Source: Pseudodesulfovibrio mercurii
GTDB lineage: Bacteria > Desulfobacterota > Desulfovibrionia > Desulfovibrionales > Desulfovibrionaceae
Direction of reading: 5' to 3'
DNA: 32,000 bases
Assembly: GCF_000189295.2 (NCBI RefSeq)
Contig: NC_016803.1
Span: forward strand, 180,001 to 212,000
In this document: piece after piece, positions 1 through 9,777 of the stretch
Numbering within the stretch: the first letter of the stretch is position 1
Layout: the number at the start of each line of letters is the position of its first letter
Position numbers and translations under genes: made by a program
The notes under the pieces: generated by a model
Database searches by the model: none
What the model was told of the DNA's origin: nothing
What the model saw: the letters and a program-made list of their open reading frames with translations, nothing else

Positions 1-1
1 C

Positions 2-1234
2 ATCATCTCCGTCAGCCAGGGGCGGGGCGAGGATCGCTGGACCCTGCGGGCGACCATCGACTTCTTGTCCTTCAGCTACCTGGTTCAGAACATCCGCATC
101 GGCGAGACCGGCTTCGCCTACATCCTGAATGGCCGGGGCGTGTACCAGACCCGGCCCAAGGACGAGCACAACCAGGACCTGGAGCTGACCCCGCGCCGCC
201 GGATCGCCGACTTCAACTCCGTGCCCGGCGTGTCCATCGCCGAGTCCGTGGACAAGGGCGGCGACACCTACGTCACGGTGACCGCGCCCCTCAAGGGCGG
301 CGACTGGAAGCTGGTCTACCAGCAGAACACCTCGGACGCCTTTTCGGCCATGACCCGCACCGAGTACGTCACCCTGGGCATCTTTCTCATCGGCGGCCTG
401 GCCATCGTGGCCATGGCCCTGATCATTTCGCGCAAGCTCGTGCTTCGCTTCCAGGCCATCGACCAGGAATCCGAGCTCATGAGCAAGCAGATCGTCGAGA
501 CCGGCAAGCTGGCGGCCATCGGCGAACTGGCCGCGGGCATCGCCCACGAGATCAACAACCCTGTAGCCATCATGATCGAGGAGGCGGGCTGGGTCAGCGA
601 CCTCCTTGAGGACGAGGGCCAGGACCTGCCGTCCTACGGCGAGATCAAGCGGGCGCTGACCCAGGTGGGCAACCAGGGGCGGCGGTGCAAGGACATCACC
701 CACAAGCTCCTGTCGTTCGCCCGGCAGTCCGACACCAGGGCGACCGAGATGTCCGTGCCCGACTTCATCCGCGAGGTGGTGGAGATCTCCATGCAACAGG
801 CACGCTTCGCCCAGGTGGATTTCGACCTCGACCTGGACGAGTCCATGCCGCGCATCTCGGCCTCGGCCACGGAATTGCAGCAGGTCCTGCTCAACCTGGT
901 CAACAACGCCATTCAGGCCATGGAGCCGGACGGCGGCAAGCTGTTCATCCGCTGCGGCGTGGAGGAGGGCCAGGCGGCCATCACCGTGGAGGACACCGGG
1001 CCCGGCATCCCGGCCGCCAACCTGGCCCGCATCTTCGACCCGTTTTTCACCACCAAGCCCGTGGGCAAGGGCAGCGGGCTCGGATTGTCCATATGTTTCG
1101 GAATCATCCACCAGATGGGTGGAGAAATAGATGTGGAGAGCACTGTGGGCAAGGGCACGCGGTTCACCATCCGTCTGCCGCTGCCGATGCCCGCCAGGCA
1201 ACCTGAAACGCGACAGGAGATTCGACATGACTGA
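2..1234 (+). CDS. Sensor histidine kinase, 5' end outside window (extracytoplasmic Cache-like region, one TM, HisKA, HATPase_c)
   Basis: The reading frame is open from position 2, so the listed TTG at 65 is probably internal. TM segment YVTLGIFLIGGLAIVAMALIIS. H-box LAAGIAHEINNPV. N-box LLNLVNNAIQA. G-boxes EDTGPGI and GSGLGLSI. Stop TGA at 1232-1234. Confidence 0.85.
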   Translation: MISVSQGRGEDRWTLRATIDFLSFSYLVQNIRIGETGFAYILNGRGVYQTRPKDEHNQDLELTPRRRIADFNSVPGVSIAESVDKGGDTYVTVTAPLKGGDWKLVYQQNTSDAFSAMTRTEYVTLGIFLIGGLAIVAMALIISRKLVLRFQAIDQESELMSKQIVETGKLAAIGELAAGIAHEINNPVAIMIEEAGWVSDLLEDEGQDLPSYGEIKRALTQVGNQGRRCKDITHKLLSFARQSDTRATEMSVPDFIREVVEISMQQARFAQVDFDLDLDESMPRISASATELQQVLLNLVNNAIQAMEPDGGKLFIRCGVEEGQAAITVEDTGPGIPAANLARIFDPFFTTKPVGKGSGLGLSICFGIIHQMGGEIDVESTVGKGTRFTIRLPLPMPARQPETRQEIRHD

Positions 1235-1658
1235 TGCCACTGTTTTGATCGTGGACGACGAACGGGGGTTCGTCGAGACCATGGCCAAGCGGCTCGAAAA
1301 GCGCAACATGACCGTTTTCCAAGCCTTCGACGGTGACGAGGCCATGGTCCGGTTGGCGGAACATCCGAACATCCAGGTGGTCATCCTGGATATGAAGATG
1401 CCCGGCAAGGACGGCCTTGTCGTGTTGCAGGAGATCAAGGAAGCGCACCCCCTGGTCGAGGTCATCATGCTGACCGGTCACGCCACGGTCCCCTCGGCCG
1501 TGGAGGGCATCCAGCACGGAGCGTACGACTATCTGATGAAGCCGTGCAGCTTCGAGGACCTGAACCAGAAGATCGCCGAGGCCGTAGCGCTCAAGGGCGA
1601 GAACGAGGAAGCGGCCATCGAGGCCCGGCTCAGCAAGATCGCCGGGCGCATGGGGTAG
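1227..1658 (+). CDS. Stand-alone receiver (CheY-like) response regulator 1
   Basis: ATG at 1227 overlaps the kinase stop by 8 nt. Receiver signatures: IVDDE, phospho-acceptor context VVILDMKMPGKDG, MLTGH, YDYLMKP. No output domain (143 aa). Confidence 0.85.
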   Translation: MTDATVLIVDDERGFVETMAKRLEKRNMTVFQAFDGDEAMVRLAEHPNIQVVILDMKMPGKDGLVVLQEIKEAHPLVEVIMLTGHATVPSAVEGIQHGAYDYLMKPCSFEDLNQKIAEAVALKGENEEAAIEARLSKIAGRMG

Positions 1659-1662
1659 CGGC

Positions 1663-2073
1663 GTGGACAGGACCATGGACAACGTCGGCGGCGCCGGGCG
1701 CGTCGTGCGCCTGCTCATCGTGGACGATGAGACCGGGTTCGCCGAGGTCCTGTGCAAGCGCATGCGCCGACGGGGCGTGGAAGCGGCGTCGGCCGCCAGC
1801 GGCGATGAAGCGGTGCGGCTGCTTCGCCGCGAGGAGTTCGACGTGGCCATCGTGGATCTCAAGCTCCAGGGCATGAACGGGATCGAGATCCTCAAGGTGT
1901 TTCGGCTGATGGCCCCGGACATGCCGGTGCTCATGCTCACCGGCCACGGCAGCGAGGAGGCCCGCGACGAGTGCATCAAACTCGGTGCGGCGGGCTATCT
2001 CTCCAAGCCCGTGGAATTCGACAGGCTGCTCGACAAGGCGCTCGAACTGGGCGCGGGGAGCGTGCGGGCATGA
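1663..2073 (+). CDS. Stand-alone receiver response regulator 2
   Basis: GTG at 1663 lies 5 nt after a GGGGTAG purine-rich stretch; ATG at 1675 is an alternative start. Signatures: IVDDE, VAIVDLKLQGMNG, MLTGH, GYLSKP. No output domain. Confidence 0.8.
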   Translation: MDRTMDNVGGAGRVVRLLIVDDETGFAEVLCKRMRRRGVEAASAASGDEAVRLLRREEFDVAIVDLKLQGMNGIEILKVFRLMAPDMPVLMLTGHGSEEARDECIKLGAAGYLSKPVEFDRLLDKALELGAGSVRA

Positions 2074-2453
2074 ACGACATCAGGGTGCTGCTCATAGACG
2101 ACGAGGCCGGGTACACCGATGCCCTGGCCAAGCGTCTGGACCGCCGGGGGTTGTCGGCGACGACCGCGTCCGGCGGGGTTCAGGCCCTGGAGATCATGGA
2201 CGGCGCGCCCTTTGACGTGGTCCTGCTCGACATCAAGATGGCGGGCATGGACGGCATCAATACCCTGAGCGCCATCAAGCGACGTCATCCCGAGGTGGAG
2301 GTGGTCATGCTGACCGCCCACGCCAACACGGACATCGTCATTTCCAGCCTGGCCATGGGGGCATACGACTACCTTCTGAAGCCGGCGGATGTGGAGGAAC
2401 TGGTTCGCAAGATCGAAGATGCGGCCATGAGGAAGCGAAGCAATTCGAAGTGA
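2070..2453 (+). CDS. Stand-alone receiver response regulator 3
   Basis: ATG at 2070 forms an ATGA overlap with the upstream stop (2071-2073). Signatures: LIDDE, VVLLDIKMAGMDG, MLTAH, YDYLLKP. 127 aa, no output domain. Confidence 0.85.
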   Translation: MNDIRVLLIDDEAGYTDALAKRLDRRGLSATTASGGVQALEIMDGAPFDVVLLDIKMAGMDGINTLSAIKRRHPEVEVVMLTAHANTDIVISSLAMGAYDYLLKPADVEELVRKIEDAAMRKRSNSK

Positions 2454-2513
2454 TCGGCCCGAGGGTGGGTGCTTCGGACGGGTTGAACAAAACAAGAGGA
2501 AGCGAGGATAATC

Positions 2514-3791
2514 ATGCGATTTTTCAGTCAATGGGGTAGATTCATGATGGCGGGGGCCGGAGCCCTTGCCCAGTGGGAGATAGAAAACGCCAAATCCATC
2601 GTCAGCAGCCGCAAGAAATTGCTGCTCATCGGGCTGATGATCATTCCCATCATCCTGATCGGCGTTGCCTTCGCCGACGACATCGGGCCGGCCCTGCCCG
2701 CCCTGCTCGGCGGCAAGAAGGCCTACAGCCCGGCCTTCTACAGCCTGGGCATCTTCATGGTCTCCATCGCCATCGGCGTGGGCGCGGGGTTGATCACCGG
2801 CTGCATCGGCGCGGGCGGCGGCTTCATCATCGCCCCGGCGCTCATGTCCGCGGGCATCAAGGGCATCCTGGCGGTCGGCACCGACCTGTTCCACATCTTC
2901 GCCAAGGCGATCATGGGCAGCGTCATCCACCGCAAGCTCGGCAACGTGTCCGTGTCCCTGGCCGTGGTCTTCCTGATCGGCGCGATCCTTGGGGCCACGG
3001 CGGGCGGCGTGATCAACCGCGTGCTGTACGAGATCAACCCGATCCTGAGCGACGCCTTCATCACCACGGTCTACTCGCTGATGCTCGGCTTCCTGGGCTT
3101 CTACGCCCTGACCGACTTCCTGCGCTCGCGCAAGGCCGACAAGGGCGGCGACGCCCACGGCGGTGCCGAAGGGGCCGAGATCGGCGCCCTGTGCCGCAAC
3201 CTCCAGGACGTCAAGTGCCCGCCCATGATCAAGTTCGACCAGGACCTGGTGGCCGGCGGCCGTCAGATCTCCTGGATCTTCCTGGTCATGTCCGGCGCGC
3301 TGGTCGGCCTGGCCGCGGGCATCATGGGCGTGGGCGGCGGCTTCCTGACCTTCCCGATCTTCGTCTACGTGCTCGGCGTCTCCTCCATGACCACGGTGGG
3401 CACCGACATCTTCCAGATCGTGTTCACGGCGGGCTTCGCCTCCATCACCCAGTACGCCATCTACGGCTTCATCTTCTACACCCTGGCCATGGGCATGCTC
3501 ATCGGCTCCCTGCTGGGCATCCAGATCGGCGCACTGGTGACCAAGATCGTGCCCGGCATCACCATCCGCGGCTTCTACGCCATGGCCGTGCTGGCCGGTT
3601 TCATGAACCGGATCTTCGCCCTGCCGAGCAAGTTGGCCGAGATGGACATCATCTCGCTCTCGCCGGGCATGGGGTCCATACTCAACACCATCGGCATCTG
3701 GGCATTCTTCATCGTCATCGGCGGGTTCTCCGTCTGGGTGGTGGGGACCTTCCTGATGAACATCTCCAAGCTGAAGAGAAAGGAGGCGTAG
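2514..3791 (+). CDS. TSUP / TauE-SafE (DUF81) family anion permease, unusually long (425 aa) with a central soluble loop
   Basis: GAGGA-type RBS upstream of ATG 2514. Two internal repeats each carry the family glycine motif: CIGAGGGFIIAPALM and IMGVGGGFLTFPIFVYVLG. Multiple hydrophobic helices. The charged loop RSRKADKGGDAHGGAEGAE separates the two halves. Confidence 0.7.
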   Translation: MRFFSQWGRFMMAGAGALAQWEIENAKSIVSSRKKLLLIGLMIIPIILIGVAFADDIGPALPALLGGKKAYSPAFYSLGIFMVSIAIGVGAGLITGCIGAGGGFIIAPALMSAGIKGILAVGTDLFHIFAKAIMGSVIHRKLGNVSVSLAVVFLIGAILGATAGGVINRVLYEINPILSDAFITTVYSLMLGFLGFYALTDFLRSRKADKGGDAHGGAEGAEIGALCRNLQDVKCPPMIKFDQDLVAGGRQISWIFLVMSGALVGLAAGIMGVGGGFLTFPIFVYVLGVSSMTTVGTDIFQIVFTAGFASITQYAIYGFIFYTLAMGMLIGSLLGIQIGALVTKIVPGITIRGFYAMAVLAGFMNRIFALPSKLAEMDIISLSPGMGSILNTIGIWAFFIVIGGFSVWVVGTFLMNISKLKRKEA

Positions 3792-3795
3792 GGCC

Positions 3796-4482
3796 ATGAT
3801 CTACAACAAGAAGGAATTCTATACGGGCGCGAGCCTGCTGGTCGTCTTCTTCGTGGTTCTGTTCATGATGTTCCAGCCCATCTATCACGGGCACAACGGC
3901 ATGCAGTTCCTGGACAACCTCTACAACTCCATCTCCAAGGGGTCCATCAACTATTCCGGGCAGTTGAAAGCTGACATGGCCGAGTTCGACGGCAAGGCCA
4001 TCGACGTGACCATGAATTACGGCTCCGAGGCCCAGGCCGCCCAGTCGGCCGAGATATTCGTCAAGGCTGGGGCGCAGGCCACTGCCGAGGGCAAGGCCCT
4101 GCATCTGACCGGCTCCCTGGGGACGATCCTCAAGGGCAGCCTGGACGACGCCCAGGTCATGTACGACAACAACGGCGATGTCATACAGTCCAAGTACGGC
4201 ATCGAGCCGCGTCGCGTCCTGTTCAACTGGTGGACCTCGTTCAAGCTGATGAACAAGGCCTTGAGCAACCAGAAGGAGTTCGCGGCGGCCAAGGCGGTGG
4301 ACACGGTCCAGACCAAGGCGGTGGAGGCCTCCTACAACTACTTCGGGGTCGAGGCCCAGAGCATCACCGACGACATCGGCCTGGTGATCTTCTCCCTGGT
4401 CTTCTACGTGCTCTACACCCTGTGGTACGGCTTCGCCATCCTGTTCGTCTTCGAGGGATGGGGACTCAAGCTCAGTCACTAA
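3796..4482 (+). CDS. Uncharacterised membrane protein (N-terminal TM, about 150-aa soluble domain, C-terminal TM pair)
   Basis: AAGGAGG lies about 10 nt upstream of ATG 3796, and only 4 nt separate it from the permease stop. G/C-rich third positions. TM segments ASLLVVFFVVLFMMF and IGLVIFSLVFYVLYTLWYGFAILFVF. I recognise no family. Confidence 0.7.
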   Translation: MIYNKKEFYTGASLLVVFFVVLFMMFQPIYHGHNGMQFLDNLYNSISKGSINYSGQLKADMAEFDGKAIDVTMNYGSEAQAAQSAEIFVKAGAQATAEGKALHLTGSLGTILKGSLDDAQVMYDNNGDVIQSKYGIEPRRVLFNWWTSFKLMNKALSNQKEFAAAKAVDTVQTKAVEASYNYFGVEAQSITDDIGLVIFSLVFYVLYTLWYGFAILFVFEGWGLKLSH

Positions 4483-4518
4483 GTCACGGAATGCGCATCA
4501 TACCCTAGCCCCGCGCGG

Positions 4519-4542
4519 TCCGGCGGCCTTTTGGCCGCCGGA
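4519..4542 (+). terminator. GC-rich stem-loop after the 228-aa gene (possible terminator or processing site, no U-tract)
   Basis: tccggcggcc-tttt-ggccgccgga: a 10-bp perfect stem with a 4-nt loop, followed by tcgcgcc rather than a T-run. Confidence 0.3.
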
Positions 4543-4614
4543 TCGCGCCCCCCGATCCACAAGGGTTTACTCCTGGCCGAAATGATTATATTTTCTCCGA
4601 ATGAGGAAGCGTGC

Positions 4615-6098
4615 ATGAATCTCCAGAATTATTACGACACCGTCATGGAGCTGACCCACGGCATCGTGGTCTCGCTCGATCTGGACGGGGGGATCATCCA
4701 CGGGAACTCCGAGCTGGAACACCTCTCCGGCTATCATCTTCAGGAACTGGCGGGCCGCGACTGGTTCGAGGTCTTCATCCCCAGGGACGAGCGGGACATG
4801 GCCCGCCGGGCCCTGCTGGAGGGCGTCCACGGCCGGGGCGTGACCGCCTTTGCCGGGCGCATCCGGGCCAAGGACGGGGACACTGTCTACGTCAACTGGA
4901 ACCTCAAGCCGCTGACCGACTCCAACGGCGAGGTGGTCAGCCTGCTGTGCGTGGGCCAGGACGTGACCGACCTGGTCCTGCGCGAAAAGGGGCTGCTGCG
5001 CGAGCGCTTCACCCTGCTCGAGCGCAACAAGGAACTGAACTGCCTCTATTCCCTGAGCCAGCTCATGGGCGAGATCCATCGGTCCATGGACGACCTCCTG
5101 AACCAGGTGGTGGAGCTCCTTCCGGCGGCCTTCCAGAACCCGGAGATGACCTACGCCCGGCTCCGCCTCGGGCACAAGATTTTCCAGACCCCCGGCTTCG
5201 AGGACAGCGACCACATGCTCAAGTCCGACATCGTCATCAACAACGAGAAGCGGGGGTCCCTCAGCGTGGCCGTGCGCGACGACGCGGCCCGGCCCGGCTT
5301 CCTGGAGGACGAGCGCGACCTGTTTACCACCGTGGTCCAGCAGGTGGTCATTCTGGTCTCCAAGCGGGAGACCAGGCTGGCCAAGCAGGAGCTGGAACGC
5401 CAGCTCAGGCAGTCGGACCGGCTGGCCAAGATCGGCCAGTTCTCGGCCGGAGTGGCCCACGAGATCAACGAGCCCCTGGCCAACATCCTCGGGTTCGCCG
5501 AACTGGCCCTCCAGACCCCCGGCCTGCCCGAGCAGGTGACCACGGACCTGAACAACATCGTGGACTCCTCCCTGCACGCCCGGGAGATCATCCGCAAGCT
5601 CATGTTCTTCGGGCGCCAGCTGCCGCCCCAGCCCGCGTTCATCGACTTCAACGAGACCGTGGAGCAGGCCCTGCGCATCACCGAGTCCGGGGCCCGGCGC
5701 GGGGACATCGAGATCGTCCGCGACTTCGACCGCAGCCTGCCGAAGATTCTGGCCGATCCGCAGCACATGAAGCAGGTGGTCGTCAACCTGGTGGTCAACG
5801 CCATCCAGGCCATGACCGAGGGCGGCACCGTGACCATCCGGACCATCAACCACGAGAACGACGCCTACCTCGTGGTGGAGGACACCGGGCCCGGCATGAC
5901 CCCGGACGTTCTGAAGATGATCTTCACCCCGTTTTTCACCACCAAGGACGTGGACCAGGGGTCGGGTCTGGGACTGTCCGTGATCCACGGCATCGTCAAG
6001 GCCCACGGGGGATTCATTCAGGTGGAAAGCTCGCCGGATGCGGGGACCAGGGTGGAGGTCGCCTTGCCCTGCCATCTGCGCGCCCCGGAGGATGAGGC

Positions 6099-6102
<4 letters not shown>
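4615..6102 (+). CDS. PAS-domain sensor histidine kinase (cytoplasmic)
   Basis: ATG 4615 is preceded by GAGGAAG; the ORF-track start at 4531 lacks an RBS. PAS-like N-terminus (GIVVSLDLDGGIIHGNSELEHLSGY...). H-box FSAGVAHEINEPL. N-box VVNLVVNAIQA. G-boxes EDTGPGM and GSGLGLSV. Confidence 0.85.
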
Positions 6103-7445
<1,343 letters not shown>

Positions 7446-7575
7446 CCTCTCCCGGCCCTCGGGTGCGCAACTTCGGGGTTGACCCGGCCCGGTCCTTTAT
7501 GCGAAAGGGCCGGTCGGCGTTGACCTGCCCGTTCATACGGGTATGGTCGGCATACAGTTACCCCAAAGGCGCAGC

Positions 7576-8619
7576 ATGGCTTTCAACGCGGAAAAACTCA
7601 TCAGCAGTCACGTCCGGCACGGGCTCAAGGTCGGCCTGGCCAGCGTCCTGGCCTATCTGGCGGCGGGCTGGATCGGACTTCCCTACGGATACTGGGCGGT
7701 CATCACCACGGTCATCGTCATGCAGATGCACGTGGCCGACTCCATCCAGATGTGCCTGTACCGGTTCACCGGAACGGCCATCGGCGCGGGCATGGGCATC
7801 CTGATGATCCTCATCTTCCCGCCGACCCCTTTCTACACCCTCATCGCCGTGTTCGTGGGCACGGGCATCTGCGCCTACCTGACGCGCTACGACGCCCGCT
7901 ACCGCATGGCGGCCATCACCCTGGCCATCGTCTTCCTGTCCAGCCTGCACGAGGAGCACCGCATCGAATACTCCCTGTTCCGGGTGGCCGAGATCGGCAT
8001 CGGCGTGCTCTGCGCCTTTGCGGTCTCGTTGGCGGTCTGGCCCAACAGGACCACCTCGGTCCTCCTGGAACGGCTGCGCAAACAGTACGACCAGGTGGCG
8101 GACAACTTCCTGCTGATCATGGACAACTTCCTGCATCTCCAGCGCAGGACCGACCCGGATCTGTTTTTCGACCTGGCCCGCGAGGTCCAGGCCAACCGGG
8201 AGCTGTACAACAAGGTCTACGCCACCGAGCGGCGCGTCTTCCGCGACGACATGGACCTCCTCGCCCTCCAGGTCAACACGCTCAACTCCGTGGTCGAGCG
8301 GATCCAGTCCACGCCGAGCCTGCTCAACGAGGTGGAGGGCGACGGCTTCGACATCATCATGGCCCCGGAGCTGACCCAGTTGGCCCAGGGAATCGCCGAC
8401 GCCCTGCGGGCCATCGGCCGGGGCGTCCACTACGATCCCCATCCTCTGGCCAAGGCCGTGGACGGGGTGGAGAAGCGGTTCATCGAACTGCGCGAACAGG
8501 GCGTTATCGAGCGCTTCGAGGTGCGCCGCTACTTCCAGGTCATGAGCTTCATCAACACCGCCCAGCACCTGGGCGAATTCCTTCTGGTGGTCCTGAACAA
8601 GCCGCAGATGCCCAGCTGA
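7576..8619 (+). CDS. FUSC / aromatic-acid-exporter (ArAE)-like membrane protein
   Basis: ATG at 7576; the ORF track starts at 7543. N-terminal half has 5-6 hydrophobic helices with a pattern typical of the YccS/FUSC family (GYWAVITTVIVMQ...TGTAIGA). C-terminal half is a soluble helical domain. Confidence 0.6.
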   Translation: MAFNAEKLISSHVRHGLKVGLASVLAYLAAGWIGLPYGYWAVITTVIVMQMHVADSIQMCLYRFTGTAIGAGMGILMILIFPPTPFYTLIAVFVGTGICAYLTRYDARYRMAAITLAIVFLSSLHEEHRIEYSLFRVAEIGIGVLCAFAVSLAVWPNRTTSVLLERLRKQYDQVADNFLLIMDNFLHLQRRTDPDLFFDLAREVQANRELYNKVYATERRVFRDDMDLLALQVNTLNSVVERIQSTPSLLNEVEGDGFDIIMAPELTQLAQGIADALRAIGRGVHYDPHPLAKAVDGVEKRFIELREQGVIERFEVRRYFQVMSFINTAQHLGEFLLVVLNKPQMPS

Positions 8620-8640
8620 CGCAACTGCGGCCGGCCATGA

Positions 8641-8680
8641 AAAAGGGACGCGCGAACCTGTTTCGCGCGTCCCTTTTTTC
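8641..8680 (+). terminator. Rho-independent terminator
   Basis: gggacgcgcgaa / ttcgcgcgtccc: a 12-bp perfect stem with a 5-nt loop, followed by a T6 run and preceded by A4. It lies 22 nt after the stop at 8619. Confidence 0.85.
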
Positions 8681-8798
8681 ATGATTTTCGGCTGTGGCCG
8701 CTGTCCCGGTGCCCCGGTTTTCCGCCTTTCCGGCCATGTTCCGGTCCCGTTCGTCGGTCATTGTGCGCGGCAACCCGCATAGAAAAGATTGGATAAAT

Positions 8799-8831
8799 GG
8801 GCCGACCGGGGAATTTTTCCCCGGTCGGCCC
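8799..8831. repeat. Perfect 14-bp inverted repeat / hairpin in the intergenic region
   Basis: gggccgaccgggga-atttt-tccccggtcggccc. No T-run follows on the plus strand. On the minus strand it is followed by atttatcc. Confidence 0.6.
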
Positions 8832-9168
8832 GCGTCAGTGGGGCGGCCCCTGTTTTGCGCGATTCATCGTATTGCGAGATGGCGAGCGGCGATCCGGCAA
8901 ATACGACTTTCCACATCTGAAATTGTACATAACATAATAGTGATATTGGATATTATTATATACACACCGTAGTGGTGGAGGCCGGAGACATTGTCCGGGA
9001 GGGACGCTTTGCCTGCTTCTCAATCCACCTTCACTGGATGGGGAAGGGCGATCCGAAACAGGTTTGCGAGATTTTTTCTCTGGCCACAGCATTTCGATTG
9101 CAAAAAAAAGTTTCATTATAACGAGTAGATAGAATTATTTTTCCCGTCTGGGGCAATACTGTGGCGGA

Positions 9169-9184
9169 TGGCATGCTTTCTGCT
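9169..9184 (+). promoter_or_regulatory. Sigma-54 (-24/-12) promoter for the cytochrome-rnf operon
   Basis: TGGCATG-CTTT-CTGCT against the consensus TGGCACG-N4-TTGCW. GG and GC are separated by exactly 10 nt. Correct orientation, about 110 nt upstream of the likely cytochrome start. Confidence 0.65.
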
Positions 9185-9297
9185 CTTTGGCAAATTGATT
9201 GACTAATCAATCTAAACGTGGGAATGAAGCCGGGCGAAAAAAAGACGGGAGCAAATCCCGCGTGTGTAAAACCCTTTTTCGAGTGAGGATTGGCCAG

Positions 9298-9774
9298 TTG
9301 CAGAACAGATATTTCATCATATCAGCCATCGTTGCGCTCCTGTTCGCGGGGGCAGTGGTCGGCTACGCCATACCGATGGAAAAACAGGAAGTCCCGGCTC
9401 GGGTCATCCTGGACAACACCGGTGGCCGGATCGTGTTCGCCCACCAGGCGCACGCCGTGGAGTACGGGGGCGACTGTGTGGACTGCCACCATGACGGCGT
9501 TGAGGGCGAAAGCTACCTGCCGTGCGGGGCGTGCCATCCGGCGGAGTTCGACGAGCAGTTCCGCCTCAATCATCCCAAGGCGTTTTCGGATCAGAAGGCC
9601 TGCCTGCGCTGCCATGACGGCGTGCCCGCCGGCCCCCTGCCCGAAGACCAATGGCCGGACGTCGAGTCCATTCCCACACGGGGCGAGGCCTTCCACTCCC
9701 TGTGCATGGGATGTCACGAGGAAAACGGCGGTCCCTACGGCGACGACGCCTGCTACCAGTGTCACGCGAGGTAA
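9298..9774 (+). CDS. Membrane-anchored multihaem cytochrome c (five CXXCH motifs)
   Basis: Maximal ORF is 9199-9774. The sigma-54 promoter puts the transcription start near 9195. TTG 9298 sits 8 nt after GAGGA (9285-9289), so it is the preferred start; GTG 9283 is an alternative. TM anchor YFIISAIVALLFAGAVVGYAI. Haem motifs CVDCH, CGACH, CLRCH, CMGCH, CYQCH. Confidence 0.75.
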   Translation: MQNRYFIISAIVALLFAGAVVGYAIPMEKQEVPARVILDNTGGRIVFAHQAHAVEYGGDCVDCHHDGVEGESYLPCGACHPAEFDEQFRLNHPKAFSDQKACLRCHDGVPAGPLPEDQWPDVESIPTRGEAFHSLCMGCHEENGGPYGDDACYQCHAR

Positions 9775-9777
9775 TCC

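Noticed and set aside
1995-3797. 600-aa minus-strand ORF antisense to response regulator 3 and the TSUP permease
   Set aside because: The translation is a low-complexity Asp/Gly/His/Ala/Arg-rich string with no motifs. It is fully contained opposite well-supported plus-strand genes. This is a typical shadow ORF of high-GC DNA.
4566-4594. TTTACT-N17-TATTTT sigma-70-like promoter upstream of the PAS kinase, and TTGTCG-N17-TAATTT at 24549-24577
   Set aside because: Hexamer matches are only partial, and such matches are common in A/T-richer intergenic DNA. I did not report them as features.
9081-9102. TGGCCACAGCATTTCGATTGCA, superficially sigma-54-like
   Set aside because: The GG to GC spacing is wrong for a -24/-12 promoter: the TTGC core is 6 nt too far away, and the correctly spaced position reads TTTC. 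The element at 9169-9184 fits far better.
8835-9116. 93-aa minus-strand ORF in the rnf upstream region
   Set aside because: It spans the AT-rich block, has an implausible composition (Pro/Ser/Arg runs followed by NNIQYHYYVMYNF) and no RBS. I kept only the possibility of a non-coding transcript.
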